A stretch of DNA of 64,000 bases from positions 41,026 through 105,025 of the forward strand of contig JAYTVB010000046.1 of the NCBI GenBank assembly GCA_043744235.1. The letters run 5' to 3'. This DNA is from Cyclobacteriaceae bacterium. GTDB taxonomy: Bacteria > Bacteroidota > Bacteroidia > Cytophagales > Cyclobacteriaceae. A program made the position numbers and the translations under genes. Every line of letters starts with the position of its first letter. Position 1 is the first letter of the stretch. The notes under the pieces are model-generated. The model saw only the letters and a list, made by a program, of their open reading frames with translations, ran no database searches and was not told the DNA's origin. Positions 15,798 through 26,033 of this stretch are shown piece by piece.

Positions 15798-16433
15798 ATG
15801 GCTATTCGATTGGGAGACATTGCGCCTGATTTCCGGGCAGACACGACAGAAGGGAAGATCAATTTTCACAAATGGCTTGGCGACGGATGGGGTGTGCTGT
15901 TTTCGCACCCTGCCGACTTCACACCAGTCTGCACGACCGAACTCGGTGCCGTGGCAAAACTTCGCGCTGAATTCGACAAGCGCAATGTAAAAGTGATGGC
16001 GCTCAGCGTTGATCCGCTGGAGTCGCATATGAAGTGGATTGGCGACATCAATGAGACCCAGCATACCCAAATGAATTTTCCCATTATCGCTGATCCCGAC
16101 TTCGAGGTAGCCAACATGTACGACATGGTTCACCCCCAGGTAAGCGACAAGTTTACCGTGCGCTCTGTGTTTGTCATTGGCCCTGACAAGAAGATCAAGC
16201 TTACCATTACCTATCCCGCCGCTACAGGAAGGAACTTCGACGAAATCCTGCGCGTGATCGACAGCCTTCAGCTCACCGCGAAATACAGTGTGGCCACGCC
16301 GGCCAACTGGAAGCAGGGGGAAGACGTGATTATTACCACCGCCGTGAAGGATGAAGATATCGCGGGCAAGTTTCCCAAAGGGTATACCCGAATCAAGCCT
16401 TATTTAAGGACGACTCCTCAGCCGGATAAGTAG
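15798..16433 (+). CDS. peroxiredoxin (1-Cys / Prx6-type)
   Basis: 211 aa. Peroxidatic motif HPADFTPVCTTEL. Confidence 0.9.
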   Translation: MAIRLGDIAPDFRADTTEGKINFHKWLGDGWGVLFSHPADFTPVCTTELGAVAKLRAEFDKRNVKVMALSVDPLESHMKWIGDINETQHTQMNFPIIADPDFEVANMYDMVHPQVSDKFTVRSVFVIGPDKKIKLTITYPAATGRNFDEILRVIDSLQLTAKYSVATPANWKQGEDVIITTAVKDEDIAGKFPKGYTRIKPYLRTTPQPDK

Positions 16434-16634
16434 CGCCTTTCAATAAACGCCAGTCGTCAAAGGGCGGTAGTCATAAAGGAGAATGAGTGTTAGGGTGACA
16501 CCTGCCCTGTGTTTTCGAAAACGATTTCACAGCAAATAACCTAACAACCGTTCTTAAGCCTGACAAATTTTTCTTTGGAAAGGATAGATACTCACGATAT
16601 TTTTTTTCATTCTTGTAGTACATCAACAACAAAA

Positions 16635-16739
16635 ATGCTGAAGACGAACAGAATCATAGTGAACCAGAGCACCCAGGTTGGCCTCGTCAATTTGCTGGTG
16701 CTGGTCATTATTGTTATTCATCCGTCGGGGTGGTGTTGA
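16635..16739 (+). CDS. ilv operon leader peptide (34 codons, Val/Leu/Ile-rich)
   Basis: ATG...TGA encodes MLKTNRIIVNQSTQVGLVNLLVLVIIVIHPSGWC. Twelve of 14 consecutive codons (residues 15-28) are Val/Leu/Ile. A terminator follows immediately, then ilvE. Confidence 0.65.
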   Translation: MLKTNRIIVNQSTQVGLVNLLVLVIIVIHPSGWC

Positions 16740-16762
16740 TCTGATGTACAAAGATTTTTTAG

Positions 16763-16796
16763 CCGCCCCGACACCATCGGGGCGGTTTTGTTTTGT
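16763..16796 (+). terminator. attenuator terminator upstream of ilvE
   Basis: Stem CCGCCCCGA (16763-16771) / TCGGGGCGG (16777-16785), loop CACCA, then TTTTGTTTTGT. GTCGGGG (16724-16730) can alternatively pair with CCCCGAC (16766-16772). Confidence 0.7.
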
Positions 16797-16837
16797 ATCA
16801 GTTGTCACAAACTAACGGTTGTTTTAATTTTTTTACG

Positions 16838-17725
16838 ATGTACTACAACGACAGCACCATTCTCTTCCTCGACGGGAAATTTATCAAGGCGGCAGATGCT
16901 AAAGTGGACCTCTACAGCCAGACCATGCACTACGGATACGGCGTGTTTGAAGGTATCCGCGCCTACCAGACCATCCATGGAACAAAAATCTTTAAGCCCA
17001 GGGAGCACTTTGACCGGCTGAAAAACAGCTGTGACCTGATTGGGATCCCCATGACCTACTCTTCGGAGGACCTCACCCAGCTGTCCTACCAGGTCCTGGA
17101 GAAAAACAACCTGTCGGATGCGTACCTCAGACCGCTGGTATTCTGCAGCCCAAACATGTCGTTGACGGCTCCAAAGGAAGTCTCTGTGATGATTGCTGCG
17201 TGGGACTGGGGTAAATACTTCAGCAGCTCTTCCCTCAAGTTATGCATCTCATCTTTTCAGCGCCCGAACCCCAATTCGTTAAAAGTAGAGGCCAAAGCCA
17301 CCGGACATTACGTAAACTCCATACTGGCCACCATGGAGGCCAAGAAGCGCGGGTTTGATGAAGCGCTCATGCTGGACATGAACGGCTACGTGGCGGAAGG
17401 GCCTGGTGCGAATTTCTTCTTTGAAAAAAATGGCGTCTTGGTAACGCCGCCGACCGGAAGCATCCTTCCGGGCATCACGCGTGCTACCGTCTTTCAGATT
17501 TGTCAGGAACTGGAAATCGTTGTGGAAGAAAGGCACTTCAAGCCCGAAGAGTTGTTCGAAGCGGATTCAGCATTCTTCTGCGGCACCGCTGCGGAAATCA
17601 CCGCCATCGAATCCGTTGACGGACAGGTATTCCCAAAGGCCTGGGACAAATCAACAGGAAGGGTGATACAGGAAGCGTATCAGAGTATCGTATTGGATAA
17701 GAGTTATAGCTACGTGATCGTGTAG
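16838..17725 (+). CDS. ilvE: branched-chain amino acid aminotransferase (class IV)
   Basis: About 295 aa from ATG 16838, which lies downstream of the terminator. Has the FEGIRAY motif and a class IV fold pattern. First gene of the ilv cluster. Confidence 0.9.
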   Translation: MYYNDSTILFLDGKFIKAADAKVDLYSQTMHYGYGVFEGIRAYQTIHGTKIFKPREHFDRLKNSCDLIGIPMTYSSEDLTQLSYQVLEKNNLSDAYLRPLVFCSPNMSLTAPKEVSVMIAAWDWGKYFSSSSLKLCISSFQRPNPNSLKVEAKATGHYVNSILATMEAKKRGFDEALMLDMNGYVAEGPGANFFFEKNGVLVTPPTGSILPGITRATVFQICQELEIVVEERHFKPEELFEADSAFFCGTAAEITAIESVDGQVFPKAWDKSTGRVIQEAYQSIVLDKSYSYVIV

Positions 17726-17747
17726 GACACTAATTACCGACATAAAA

Positions 17748-19427
17748 GTGATTCTTAATAAATACAGCAAAACGATTACCAAGGACCCGACCCTTCCGGC
17801 GTCGCAGGCCATGCTCTATGGCATTGGATTGACGGAACAGGATTTGGAAAAGGCCCAGGTCGGTGTGGTCAGCACTGGTTTTGACGGAAACACCTGCAAC
17901 ATGCACCTCAATGCACTGGCTGGGGAAGTGAAGCAGGCTGTCTGGGACCAGGATCTCGTCGGGCTGATCTTTCACACGATCGGCGTCAGCGATGGAATAT
18001 CCAACGGTACGGAAGGCATGCGGTATTCACTCGTGAGCCGTGAGGTAATCGCGGATTCCATTGAAACGGTTTGCAATGCACAATATTATGACGGGCTGAT
18101 TGCCGTTGTGGGCTGTGACAAGAATATGCCGGGTTCGCTCATTGCGATGGGACGGCTCAATCGCCCCGCGATCATGGTGTATGGCGGTTCCATCGCCGGT
18201 GGACACTGGAAAGGCAAGTCCCTCAACATCGTATCGGCCTTTGAGGCACTGGGTGAAAAGCTCGCCAACAAACTGTCAGACGAGGACTATAAAGGAATTA
18301 TACAGAATTCTTGTCCGGGAGCGGGCGCTTGCGGCGGCATGTACACAGCCAATACCATGGCGTCAGCCATCGAGGCGCTGGGCATGGCGCTTCCTTACTC
18401 AGCTTCCTATCCGGCGTTGAGCAGGGAAAAGAGCCAGGAGTGCCACGAGGCCGGAAAGGCAATCAGGCTTCTCCTTGAAAGGGACATCAAGCCAAGCGAC
18501 ATCATGACGTTCGAAGCATTTGAAAATGCGATCACCGTTGTGATGGCCCTGGGCGGATCAACCAACGCGGTGCTTCACCTGATCGCCATGGCGAAATCGG
18601 TGGGCGTAAAGATTACGCAGGAAGATTTTCAGAGAATTTCTGACAAGACCCCGCTGCTGGCCGATCTGAAACCCAGCGGCAAATACTTGATGGAGGACCT
18701 GCACAAAATCGGAGGTACCCCCATTGTGTTGAAGTACCTGCTCGATAAAGGCTACCTGCATGGACAGTGCATGACCGTTACCGGGAAAACCATTTCGGAA
18801 AACCTGAAGCAGGCTCCGGCCCTGGATTTTGAAAAGCAGGATATTATCTACCCGGTCGAACGGGCAATCAAGAAAACCGGTCACCTGCAAATCCTGTACG
18901 GCAACCTTGCCGAGAAAGGAGCCGTCGCGAAGATCACCGGCAAGGAAGGCGAGAAATTCAAGGGCCGCGCCAGTGTATTCAACGGAGAGTTTGAGCTGGT
19001 CGATGGCATCACCTCCGGAAAGATCAAGGCCGGTGATGTGGTGGTGATCCGTTACGTCGGACCGAAGGGTGCTCCGGGCATGCCGGAAATGTTGAAGCCG
19101 ACCAGCCTGATCATGGGCGCGGGGTTGGGAAAATCCGTTGCCCTCATTACGGATGGAAGATTTTCGGGAGGATCGCACGGTTTTGTCATCGGTCACATCA
19201 CACCGGAAGCATTCGACGGTGGCTTGCTCGCTCTGGTGGAGGATGGGGACTGGATTGAGATTGACATAAAGAAGCGGGAGGTCAACCTGCTGGTGGATGA
19301 AAAAACCCTGGCGGTCCGGAGATCGCAGTATAAGCCGCTCCCGCTGCGCGTGAAGAGCGGCGTTCTGTTCAAGTATGCAAAACAAGTAAAAACAGCTGCT
19401 GATGGATGCGTTACTGACGAAGCATAA
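17748..19427 (+). CDS. ilvD: dihydroxy-acid dehydratase
   Basis: 559 aa with a GTG start. IlvD/Edd motifs [19 protein letters not shown] and [12 protein letters not shown]. Confidence 0.95.
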   Translation: MILNKYSKTITKDPTLPASQAMLYGIGLTEQDLEKAQVGVVSTGFDGNTCNMHLNALAGEVKQAVWDQDLVGLIFHTIGVSDGISNGTEGMRYSLVSREVIADSIETVCNAQYYDGLIAVVGCDKNMPGSLIAMGRLNRPAIMVYGGSIAGGHWKGKSLNIVSAFEALGEKLANKLSDEDYKGIIQNSCPGAGACGGMYTANTMASAIEALGMALPYSASYPALSREKSQECHEAGKAIRLLLERDIKPSDIMTFEAFENAITVVMALGGSTNAVLHLIAMAKSVGVKITQEDFQRISDKTPLLADLKPSGKYLMEDLHKIGGTPIVLKYLLDKGYLHGQCMTVTGKTISENLKQAPALDFEKQDIIYPVERAIKKTGHLQILYGNLAEKGAVAKITGKEGEKFKGRASVFNGEFELVDGITSGKIKAGDVVVIRYVGPKGAPGMPEMLKPTSLIMGAGLGKSVALITDGRFSGGSHGFVIGHITPEAFDGGLLALVEDGDWIEIDIKKREVNLLVDEKTLAVRRSQYKPLPLRVKSGVLFKYAKQVKTAADGCVTDEA

Positions 19428-19434
19428 AGAAACC

Positions 19435-21171
19435 ATGCAGCCGGTGGCAAGCCAGGATCAAAGGATTTCCGGTGCGGAGATTCTTTTAAAGAGCCTCGTC
19501 GCGGAGGATGTCAACATCTTGTTCGGTTACCCTGGCGGCGCGATCATGCCGGTGTATGATGCACTGTATCATTATGCCGATCAGCTTACGCATATCCTGG
19601 TACGGCACGAACAGGGTGCCGTGCATGCGGCACAGGGATTCGCCCGGGTCTCCGGGAAAGTGGGAGTGGCCATTGCCACCTCCGGGCCCGGTGCCACCAA
19701 CCTGATCACCGGACTTGCTGATGCGTTAATCGATTCAACACCCATCGTGTGCATTACCGGCCAGGTATTCGCGCATTTGCTGGGTACCGACGCGTTCCAG
19801 GAAATTGATGTGGTGAACACCACCATTCCAGTGACAAAATGGAATGTCCAGGTGACGGAGGCAAAGGACATCGCGCCTGCCATTGCCAAAGCTTTTTACA
19901 TCGCACGGACGGGCAGACCCGGACCGGTGCTGATTGACATTACCAAGAATGCGCAGAACGAACTGGTCGAACCTTTGGAGTACAGGAAGTGCGACTACAT
20001 CCGTACGTACAAGCCGAAACCTGAGCTGCAGTTTGCAAAGGTGGAAGAGGCAGCGGCGCTGATCAACCAGGCGAAGAAGCCTTACCTGCTGGCGGGTCAG
20101 GGTGTATTGCTGTCCGGCGCTTCGGATGAATTGCGTGCCTTCTCTGAGAAGACCGGAATACCTGTCGCCTGTACCTTGCTTGGCCTCGGTTCATTCCCCA
20201 CCGATCATCCAAACTATGCCGGCTACCTGGGTATGCATGGCAACTATGGAGCGAACGTCAACACCAATGAATGCGATGTGCTGATAGCCATCGGCATGAG
20301 GTTTGATGACCGCGTGACTGGCAACGTCAGCAAGTACGCGAAACAGGCCAGGGTCATTCACATCGACATTGACAAGGCGGAGATCAACAAGATCATCAAG
20401 ACCGACGTGGCTATTCACGCCGACGCAAAGGAAGCCCTCCAGGCCCTGGCCTTGCGATGCCATGTCAACCAGCACACAACATGGATGGAGAGCTTTCATG
20501 AATTAGGACGCATCGAGCACGACAAAATTATACGTCATGAATGCGGAAAGGCCGGCGAACTGATGATGGCGGAGGTGATACACCGGCTTTCGTTCCTTAC
20601 CATGGGAGAAGCCATCATCGTCACCGACGTGGGCCAGCATCAGATGATCACTTCGCGGTACTATCAATTCAAGAACCCCAGGACCAACGTAACGTCTGGC
20701 GGCGCCGGAACCATGGGATTTGCCTTGCCGGCGGCACTGGGCGCCAAACTGGCGATGCCCGGGCAGCAGGTCGTTGCCGTCATTGGCGACGGCGGGTTTC
20801 AGATGACCATCCAGGAACTGGGCACCATTATGCAATACAATATCCCGGTTAAGATTATGGTGCTGAACAATAATTTTCTTGGCATGGTGAGGCAGTGGCA
20901 GGAATTGTTTCACAACAAACGCTATTCTTTTACTGAAATGCAGAATCCTGATTTCGTGAAAATGGCGGAGGCCTATAACATAAAAGCCAGGCGGGTCGAG
21001 CGGCACAAGGATATGGATGAGGCCCTTCGGGAGATGCTCGCATCGGAGACATCCTATTTCCTGGAAGTGGTGGTGGGCAGGGAGGACAATGTGTTTCCGA
21101 TGGTTCCGGCAGGGGCCGGGGTAGGAGAGATAATTTTGGAAGCGCCACGGAAGGAGACGAATAATGGATAA
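19435..21171 (+). CDS. ilvB: acetolactate synthase large subunit
   Basis: About 578 aa. GYPGGAIMPVYDAL and TPP-binding GDGGFQM...NN. ATG 19435 lies after the ilvD stop and is preferred over 19402. Confidence 0.9.
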   Translation: MQPVASQDQRISGAEILLKSLVAEDVNILFGYPGGAIMPVYDALYHYADQLTHILVRHEQGAVHAAQGFARVSGKVGVAIATSGPGATNLITGLADALIDSTPIVCITGQVFAHLLGTDAFQEIDVVNTTIPVTKWNVQVTEAKDIAPAIAKAFYIARTGRPGPVLIDITKNAQNELVEPLEYRKCDYIRTYKPKPELQFAKVEEAAALINQAKKPYLLAGQGVLLSGASDELRAFSEKTGIPVACTLLGLGSFPTDHPNYAGYLGMHGNYGANVNTNECDVLIAIGMRFDDRVTGNVSKYAKQARVIHIDIDKAEINKIIKTDVAIHADAKEALQALALRCHVNQHTTWMESFHELGRIEHDKIIRHECGKAGELMMAEVIHRLSFLTMGEAIIVTDVGQHQMITSRYYQFKNPRTNVTSGGAGTMGFALPAALGAKLAMPGQQVVAVIGDGGFQMTIQELGTIMQYNIPVKIMVLNNNFLGMVRQWQELFHNKRYSFTEMQNPDFVKMAEAYNIKARRVERHKDMDEALREMLASETSYFLEVVVGREDNVFPMVPAGAGVGEIILEAPRKETNNG

Positions 21172-21475
21172 CCCTATGATGAACATGAAACATGATTTCA
21201 CGATGGAGTTGTCGGCGGACAACAATTTCTCGGTGCTTAACCGGATCATCAATATTCTTAACCGGAGAAGGGTGCGCATCAGGAAACTGGTAGCCCATGA
21301 GGATACAGACAACTTCCGCAAGGGAGGAGTGACCATGTTGCTGCACACCTCGCACGACATGGCGGAGAAGGTAAAAGTCCAGCTTGAGAAACTGATCGAA
21401 GTGGAAGCGGTGACCTACCACGAAGGCAACCTCCTGCCTGCTGACCTCACCGAACCCGTCATGGCAATGAATTAA
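21164..21475 (+). CDS. ilvN: acetolactate synthase small subunit, short ACT-only form
   Basis: 103 aa. ACT-like FTMELSADNNFSVLNRIINILNRRRVRIRKL. It overlaps the ilvB stop by 8 nt. Confidence 0.65.
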   Translation: MDNPMMNMKHDFTMELSADNNFSVLNRIINILNRRRVRIRKLVAHEDTDNFRKGGVTMLLHTSHDMAEKVKVQLEKLIEVEAVTYHEGNLLPADLTEPVMAMN

Positions 21476-21527
21476 CCAACATCAACACATCTTCACATCA
21501 ACATTTTAACACTTTAACCCTTAACCT

Positions 21528-22598
21528 ATGGCACGAATTAATTTTGGAGGAACAATAGAAGAAGTAGTCACGCGCGAAGAATTTCCCATGGAAAAAGCGC
21601 TGACAGTATTGCGCGATGAAGTCATTGCCATCATCGGCTATGGCGTGCAGGGACCGGCGCAATCGCTGAACCTGCGCGACAATGGTTTCAATGTCATCGT
21701 CGGACAGCGCAAGGGATCAAAGTCTTGGGACAAGGCCATTCAGCATGGCTGGATACCCGGCGAGACTTTGTTTGAGATCGAAGAGGCAGCGAAGCAGGCG
21801 ACCATCATCCAATATCTCTTATCGGATGCCGGACAGATTGCAAGCTGGCCGGTGATCAAGCCCCACCTCACCAGGGGAAAGGCGTTGTATTTCTCCCACG
21901 GCTTTGGGGTGACTTACAAAGAACAAACAGGCATTGTTCCTCCGGCCGACATTGATGTGATCCTGGCAGCACCAAAGGGGTCTGGCACTTCAGTGCGCCG
22001 CTTGTTCCTGCAGGGCAAAGGCATCAACTCGAGCTTCGCCATTTTCCAGGATGCAACAGGCAGGGCCCGCGAGCGGGTCATTGCACTGGGTATCGGAGTA
22101 GGATCAGGATACCTCTTTGAAACCGACTTCAGAAAAGAGGTATACTCCGACCTGACCGGAGAGCGCGGCACACTGATGGGTGCCATTGCAGGAATTTTTG
22201 AAGCACAGTATGAAGTTCTCCGTTCGAAGGGGCATTCTCCTTCCGAGGCATTCAATGAAACGGTGGAGGAACTCACGCAGAGCCTGATGCCGCTGGTGGC
22301 GGAGAATGGAATGGACTGGATGTACGCCAACTGCTCCACCACTGCCCAGCGCGGAGCATTGGATTGGAAAAAGAAATTCAAGGCAGCCACACTTCCTGTT
22401 TTCAAGGAGCTGTATGAGAGCGTGGCCAGCGGCGCTGAGGCAAAGCGGACGATTGACACGTGTAGCAAGCCGGACTACCGTGAGAAACTGGCGGAGGAGT
22501 TGAAAGAAGTCCGCGACAGCGAGTTGTGGCAGGCCGGCGCTGCGGTGCGGTCACTGCGCCCCGAGCAGGAAAAAGTCGAGGCGAGCATGATTAACTGA
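21528..22598 (+). CDS. ilvC: ketol-acid reductoisomerase (class I)
   Basis: 356 aa. Rossmann motif IIGYGVQGPAQSLNLRDNG. Confidence 0.95.
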   Translation: MARINFGGTIEEVVTREEFPMEKALTVLRDEVIAIIGYGVQGPAQSLNLRDNGFNVIVGQRKGSKSWDKAIQHGWIPGETLFEIEEAAKQATIIQYLLSDAGQIASWPVIKPHLTRGKALYFSHGFGVTYKEQTGIVPPADIDVILAAPKGSGTSVRRLFLQGKGINSSFAIFQDATGRARERVIALGIGVGSGYLFETDFRKEVYSDLTGERGTLMGAIAGIFEAQYEVLRSKGHSPSEAFNETVEELTQSLMPLVAENGMDWMYANCSTTAQRGALDWKKKFKAATLPVFKELYESVASGAEAKRTIDTCSKPDYREKLAEELKEVRDSELWQAGAAVRSLRPEQEKVEASMIN

Positions 22599-22622
22599 TT
22601 CGCAAAAATGCTTGAAAAGCAA

Positions 22623-22657
22623 AAGCCGTATCATTCCCATGATACGGCTTTCTTTTT
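22623..22657 (+). terminator. intrinsic terminator after ilvC
   Basis: 12-bp perfect stem AAGCCGTATCAT / ATGATACGGCTT, loop TCCC, then TCTTTTT. Confidence 0.8.
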
Positions 22658-22700
22658 GGAATGAAGTATTTGTCTTCTATGTCCAGGGATCAAACAGCCA

Positions 22701-23681
22701 CTAGTCTTTCCTTATCGCTTTAACTTTCGCGACAAACGCATCGGCATACTTCTCAAGGGTCTTCTTGGCTGCGGCTTTGTATTTTTCTTTTGTGGTTTCA
22801 ATCAATACCGGGGTCAATTCCTTTCTGAAAGCAAATTCTTTGGCGATACCGCTCCTGGCTTTTGACATGTCTTCACTGTACTTTTCATGATAGCCGGATA
22901 CTCCTTTGAAATCCTGATCCTGCCAGAGTATTTCACCCTGGGTTTTCTTGTTCCAGAATAATGTGTAGCCCGCATCAGCCTGGCCGACAGTCATGACAGG
23001 ATCGATGGCCCATGAATATTTCTTTGTCTTGGTGCTGGGTCGATACCAGCCATTGCCCAGGTCCTGATAAGCCGATTCTTTAATGTCCAGGTTAACCAGA
23101 ACGTCCGCAAAATCCAAGGTCATATAGAAATAGCCTGCAGGTGCACCGATCTCTTCGGCGAATGCGGCGCCTTTCTTTATTTTTCCAAACGCAAAGCCCA
23201 GTTCGTTTCTGCCGTGCAGCACATTTCCATTGTGAGCCGTGCTGGTCACCCAGGCATTTCCGCCTTTGTCGTGTTTATTGTCCTCATCTTTGGCATCGGC
23301 CTTTTCGGCGTTCTTGTAGAAATCGGTGGCCGTAATGGTGCTCCAGCCAACTGTATCAATTCCATTTGACTTTAGTTGTTTCTGAAAATAGGAATAGAAG
23401 TAATTCGTTACTTCCTGAAAATCACTGTCCGTCAGATCACCGTCGGTTGTTTCCAGATAGGCAGACACCCTGGCGCCCGCCACGGTGCCCTGATTTCCTT
23501 TGGACACGGTCTTGGTCGTCGTAGTAAGTTTGTAGTTCACCGTGATCTGGGCCAGGGCAAGGTTATCAAGTTTTGAAAGAATTTTGGACTTGTCGACCCT
23601 GAATTTATCTGCGTCTGATTGTGCATAAACCAGATTGCTGAGCAAGACAATAAAGGCCAGGAGTGTCAATCGTTTTTTCAT
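22701..23681 (-). CDS. hypothetical secreted protein
   Basis: About 326 aa from ATG 23681, with signal peptide MKKRLTLLAFIVLLSNLVYAQ. No recognisable domain. Confidence 0.6.
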   Translation of the reverse strand: MKKRLTLLAFIVLLSNLVYAQSDADKFRVDKSKILSKLDNLALAQITVNYKLTTTTKTVSKGNQGTVAGARVSAYLETTDGDLTDSDFQEVTNYFYSYFQKQLKSNGIDTVGWSTITATDFYKNAEKADAKDEDNKHDKGGNAWVTSTAHNGNVLHGRNELGFAFGKIKKGAAFAEEIGAPAGYFYMTLDFADVLVNLDIKESAYQDLGNGWYRPSTKTKKYSWAIDPVMTVGQADAGYTLFWNKKTQGEILWQDQDFKGVSGYHEKYSEDMSKARSGIAKEFAFRKELTPVLIETTKEKYKAAAKKTLEKYADAFVAKVKAIRKD

Positions 23682-23901
23682 GGATTTTTTTAATAAATGT
23701 ATTGAACGCATCGGGGAGAATCAATACCGAAAGTGTCGTATTTTGACTTTTATCATCGATAGGAGGTAATGGTTGGGCGGGAAACCGAATCAAATAGTTG
23801 ATTATCCCAAAGTCAATTTGGAGTTTTTATGTTTGATTTGTGACAAGGCAATCCTGAACAGCCTATCTTGTAGTTATTTCAAAATATTAAACCAGATCAA
23901 C

Positions 23902-24315
23902 ATGAAACGCACTGCATCCGCCCACTGGGATGGAGACTTAAAGGCCGGTAAAGGCAGTCTCTCCACCCAAAGCACTGTATTGAACAAGACACAGTACTCA
24001 TTCAACACCCGGTTCGCCGATGGCGTCGGCACCAACCCGGAAGAGTTGCTCGCCGCCGCCCATGCCGGCTGCTTCACGATGGCCGTAACTTCCGCCCTGA
24101 CAAAGGAGAGCATCACGGCAACTTCCCTGGATACCGAAGCAACGCTTACCATGGAAAACCTGACCGTCACTGGCATCCACCTGTCGATCAAAGGCAAAGT
24201 GCCGGGCATCACCGCCGAGAAGTTTGCCGAGGTTACCAAAGGGGCCGAGAAGAATTGCATTATTTCCAGAGCACTGAGTGTACCGATTACATCGGATGCA
24301 GTGCTGCTTGCATAA
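23902..24315 (+). CDS. osmC: OsmC family peroxiredoxin
   Basis: 137 aa from ATG 23902. MKRTASAHWDGDLKAGKGSLSTQS is an OsmC-typical N-terminus. Two Cys (HAGCFTMA, EKNCIISRAL). Confidence 0.85.
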   Translation: MKRTASAHWDGDLKAGKGSLSTQSTVLNKTQYSFNTRFADGVGTNPEELLAAAHAGCFTMAVTSALTKESITATSLDTEATLTMENLTVTGIHLSIKGKVPGITAEKFAEVTKGAEKNCIISRALSVPITSDAVLLA

Positions 24316-24542
24316 GCATTGATATATCTCCCGCCTGCCTTCGTGCTGGCAGGCGGGAAAATAGTCAAGCATAAGCAGTACCCCACACGCAAGTCACTAG
24401 CGCCGCGCGTTTACGCTGCATAACTCCGTGAAACAGTCCTCACCTCAAACTAACACTTGTAAGCGTAAAACATTTTCTTAAGAAAATCTGAACAGGGAAG
24501 ACAAAAAGTTGCATCTTCGCAGGATTAATATTTTAAAAAATA

Positions 24543-24583
24543 CGCCCTGTCAATACTCACGTGTTGACAGGGCGATTTCGTTT
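24543..24583 (+). promoter_or_regulatory. 11-bp-stem hairpin plus weak U-tract in the leuC 5' region
   Basis: CGCCCTGTCAA (24543-24553) / TTGACAGGGCG (24564-24574), followed by ATTTCGTTT. Its function (5' stabiliser or attenuator) is unresolved. Confidence 0.35.
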
Positions 24584-24591
24584 AAAGGGCC

Positions 24592-26025
24592 TTGTCCAAA
24601 CTAACGATTGTTGTAAGCGACGTGAAACCGAAAACTATTTTTGAGAAAATCTGGGACAGCCATGTAGTAAAGCGGGCTGACGGTTATCCCGATGCCCTGT
24701 TCATCGATCGCCATTTCATCCACGAAGTCACCAGCCCCCAGGCATTTGACGGACTGCGGAAGCGGGGCATCCCCGTCTTCAACACGGGCCGCACCACGGC
24801 CACGGCGGATCATAACGTTCCCACCAAAGACCAGCATCTGCCCATCAAAGAGGCCCTGTCACGCCATCAGGTAGAAACACTCAGGAAGAACTGCGGGGAA
24901 TTCGGCGTGGACCTCTACGACCTCGGCCATCCTTTCCAGGGCATCGTACACATCATCGGTCCTGAACTGGGACTTACGCTGCCGGGCATGACCATCGTCT
25001 GCGGCGACAGCCACACTTCCACCCATGGTGCTTTTGGAAACATTGCGTTCGGTATCGGAACCTCTGAGGTGGAACAGGTATTGGCCACCCAGTGCATCCT
25101 GCAGTACAAGCCCAAAACCATGCGGATTGAAATCAATGGAAAACTGGGTAAAGGCGTATTGAGCAAAGACATTATCCTTTACATCATCTCCAGGCTGACA
25201 GCCAGTGGAGCCACCGGATTTTTTGTAGAGTATGCCGGCAGTACCATTGAGGCTTTGTCGATGGAAGCGCGGATGACCGTCTGCAACATGAGCATCGAGA
25301 TGGGCGCTCGTGGAGGACTGATCGCGCCCGACCAGACGACATTCGATTATATCAAAGGAAAGAAATTCGCTCTCCAGGGTGATGAATTTGACAGCAAGGT
25401 GAAGGAGTGGAAAAAGCTGAGCACCGACGTGGGCGCCGTTTACGATGCCGTCATCAAGTTTGATGCCGCCGACATTGCACCCATGATCACCTACGGCACC
25501 AACCCTGGCATGGGGATGAGGATCACCGACAGGATTCCAACCCCGGAAGAACTCTTGGAAATCAGCGAACAGACGTCTTTCAAAAAATCGCTTGACTACA
25601 TGGGACTCGAGCCCGGATCACAGCTGATCGGCAGGAATATCGACTATGTATTCATCGGCAGTTGTACCAATGCGCGCATCGAAGACCTGAGGCTGGTGGC
25701 GTCCATCGTCAAGGGCAGGAAGAAAGCATCAAATGTGGAAGTGTGGGTGATCCCCGGTTCACGGCAGGTGGAAGAGCAGGCCCGGAAAGAAGGCCTGGAC
25801 AGGATTTTTGAAGCGGCAGGTTTTGAACTGCGAAGCCCAGGATGTTCAGCCTGCCTGGGCATGAACGAGGACAAAGTGCCCGCTGGCAAGTACTGCATCG
25901 CTACGTCGAACCGGAATTTCGAGGGAAGGCAGGGACCCAAGTCCAGAACCTTCCTCGCCAGTCCGTTGAGTGCAGCCGCAGCGGCCATCACGGGCAAGGT
26001 GACGGATGCAAGGGAATTTATTTAA
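24592..26025 (+). CDS. leuC: 3-isopropylmalate dehydratase large subunit
   Basis: Aconitase-family motifs [21 protein letters not shown] and CSACLGMN. The start is either TTG 24592 or, more likely, GTG 24622 ([16 protein letters not shown]). Confidence 0.9.
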   Translation: MSKLTIVVSDVKPKTIFEKIWDSHVVKRADGYPDALFIDRHFIHEVTSPQAFDGLRKRGIPVFNTGRTTATADHNVPTKDQHLPIKEALSRHQVETLRKNCGEFGVDLYDLGHPFQGIVHIIGPELGLTLPGMTIVCGDSHTSTHGAFGNIAFGIGTSEVEQVLATQCILQYKPKTMRIEINGKLGKGVLSKDIILYIISRLTASGATGFFVEYAGSTIEALSMEARMTVCNMSIEMGARGGLIAPDQTTFDYIKGKKFALQGDEFDSKVKEWKKLSTDVGAVYDAVIKFDAADIAPMITYGTNPGMGMRITDRIPTPEELLEISEQTSFKKSLDYMGLEPGSQLIGRNIDYVFIGSCTNARIEDLRLVASIVKGRKKASNVEVWVIPGSRQVEEQARKEGLDRIFEAAGFELRSPGCSACLGMNEDKVPAGKYCIATSNRNFEGRQGPKSRTFLASPLSAAAAAITGKVTDAREFI

Positions 26026-26033
26026 CAACATTC

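Noticed and set aside
24316-24591. A Leu-rich leader peptide for the leu operon, analogous to the ilv and phe leaders.
   Set aside because: No ATG is present in the region. The only frame with several Leu codons (24432-24491) has no start codon. The GTG-initiated ORF (24428) has no Leu codons.
25842-26033. Long N-terminal extensions offered by the ORF track: leuD from 25842, ilvE from 16793, ilvB from 19402, osmC from 23773 and the T9SS protein from 53965.
   Set aside because: The extensions overlap the preceding gene or a terminator and lack homology-like sequence. Internal ATGs give family-typical N-termini.
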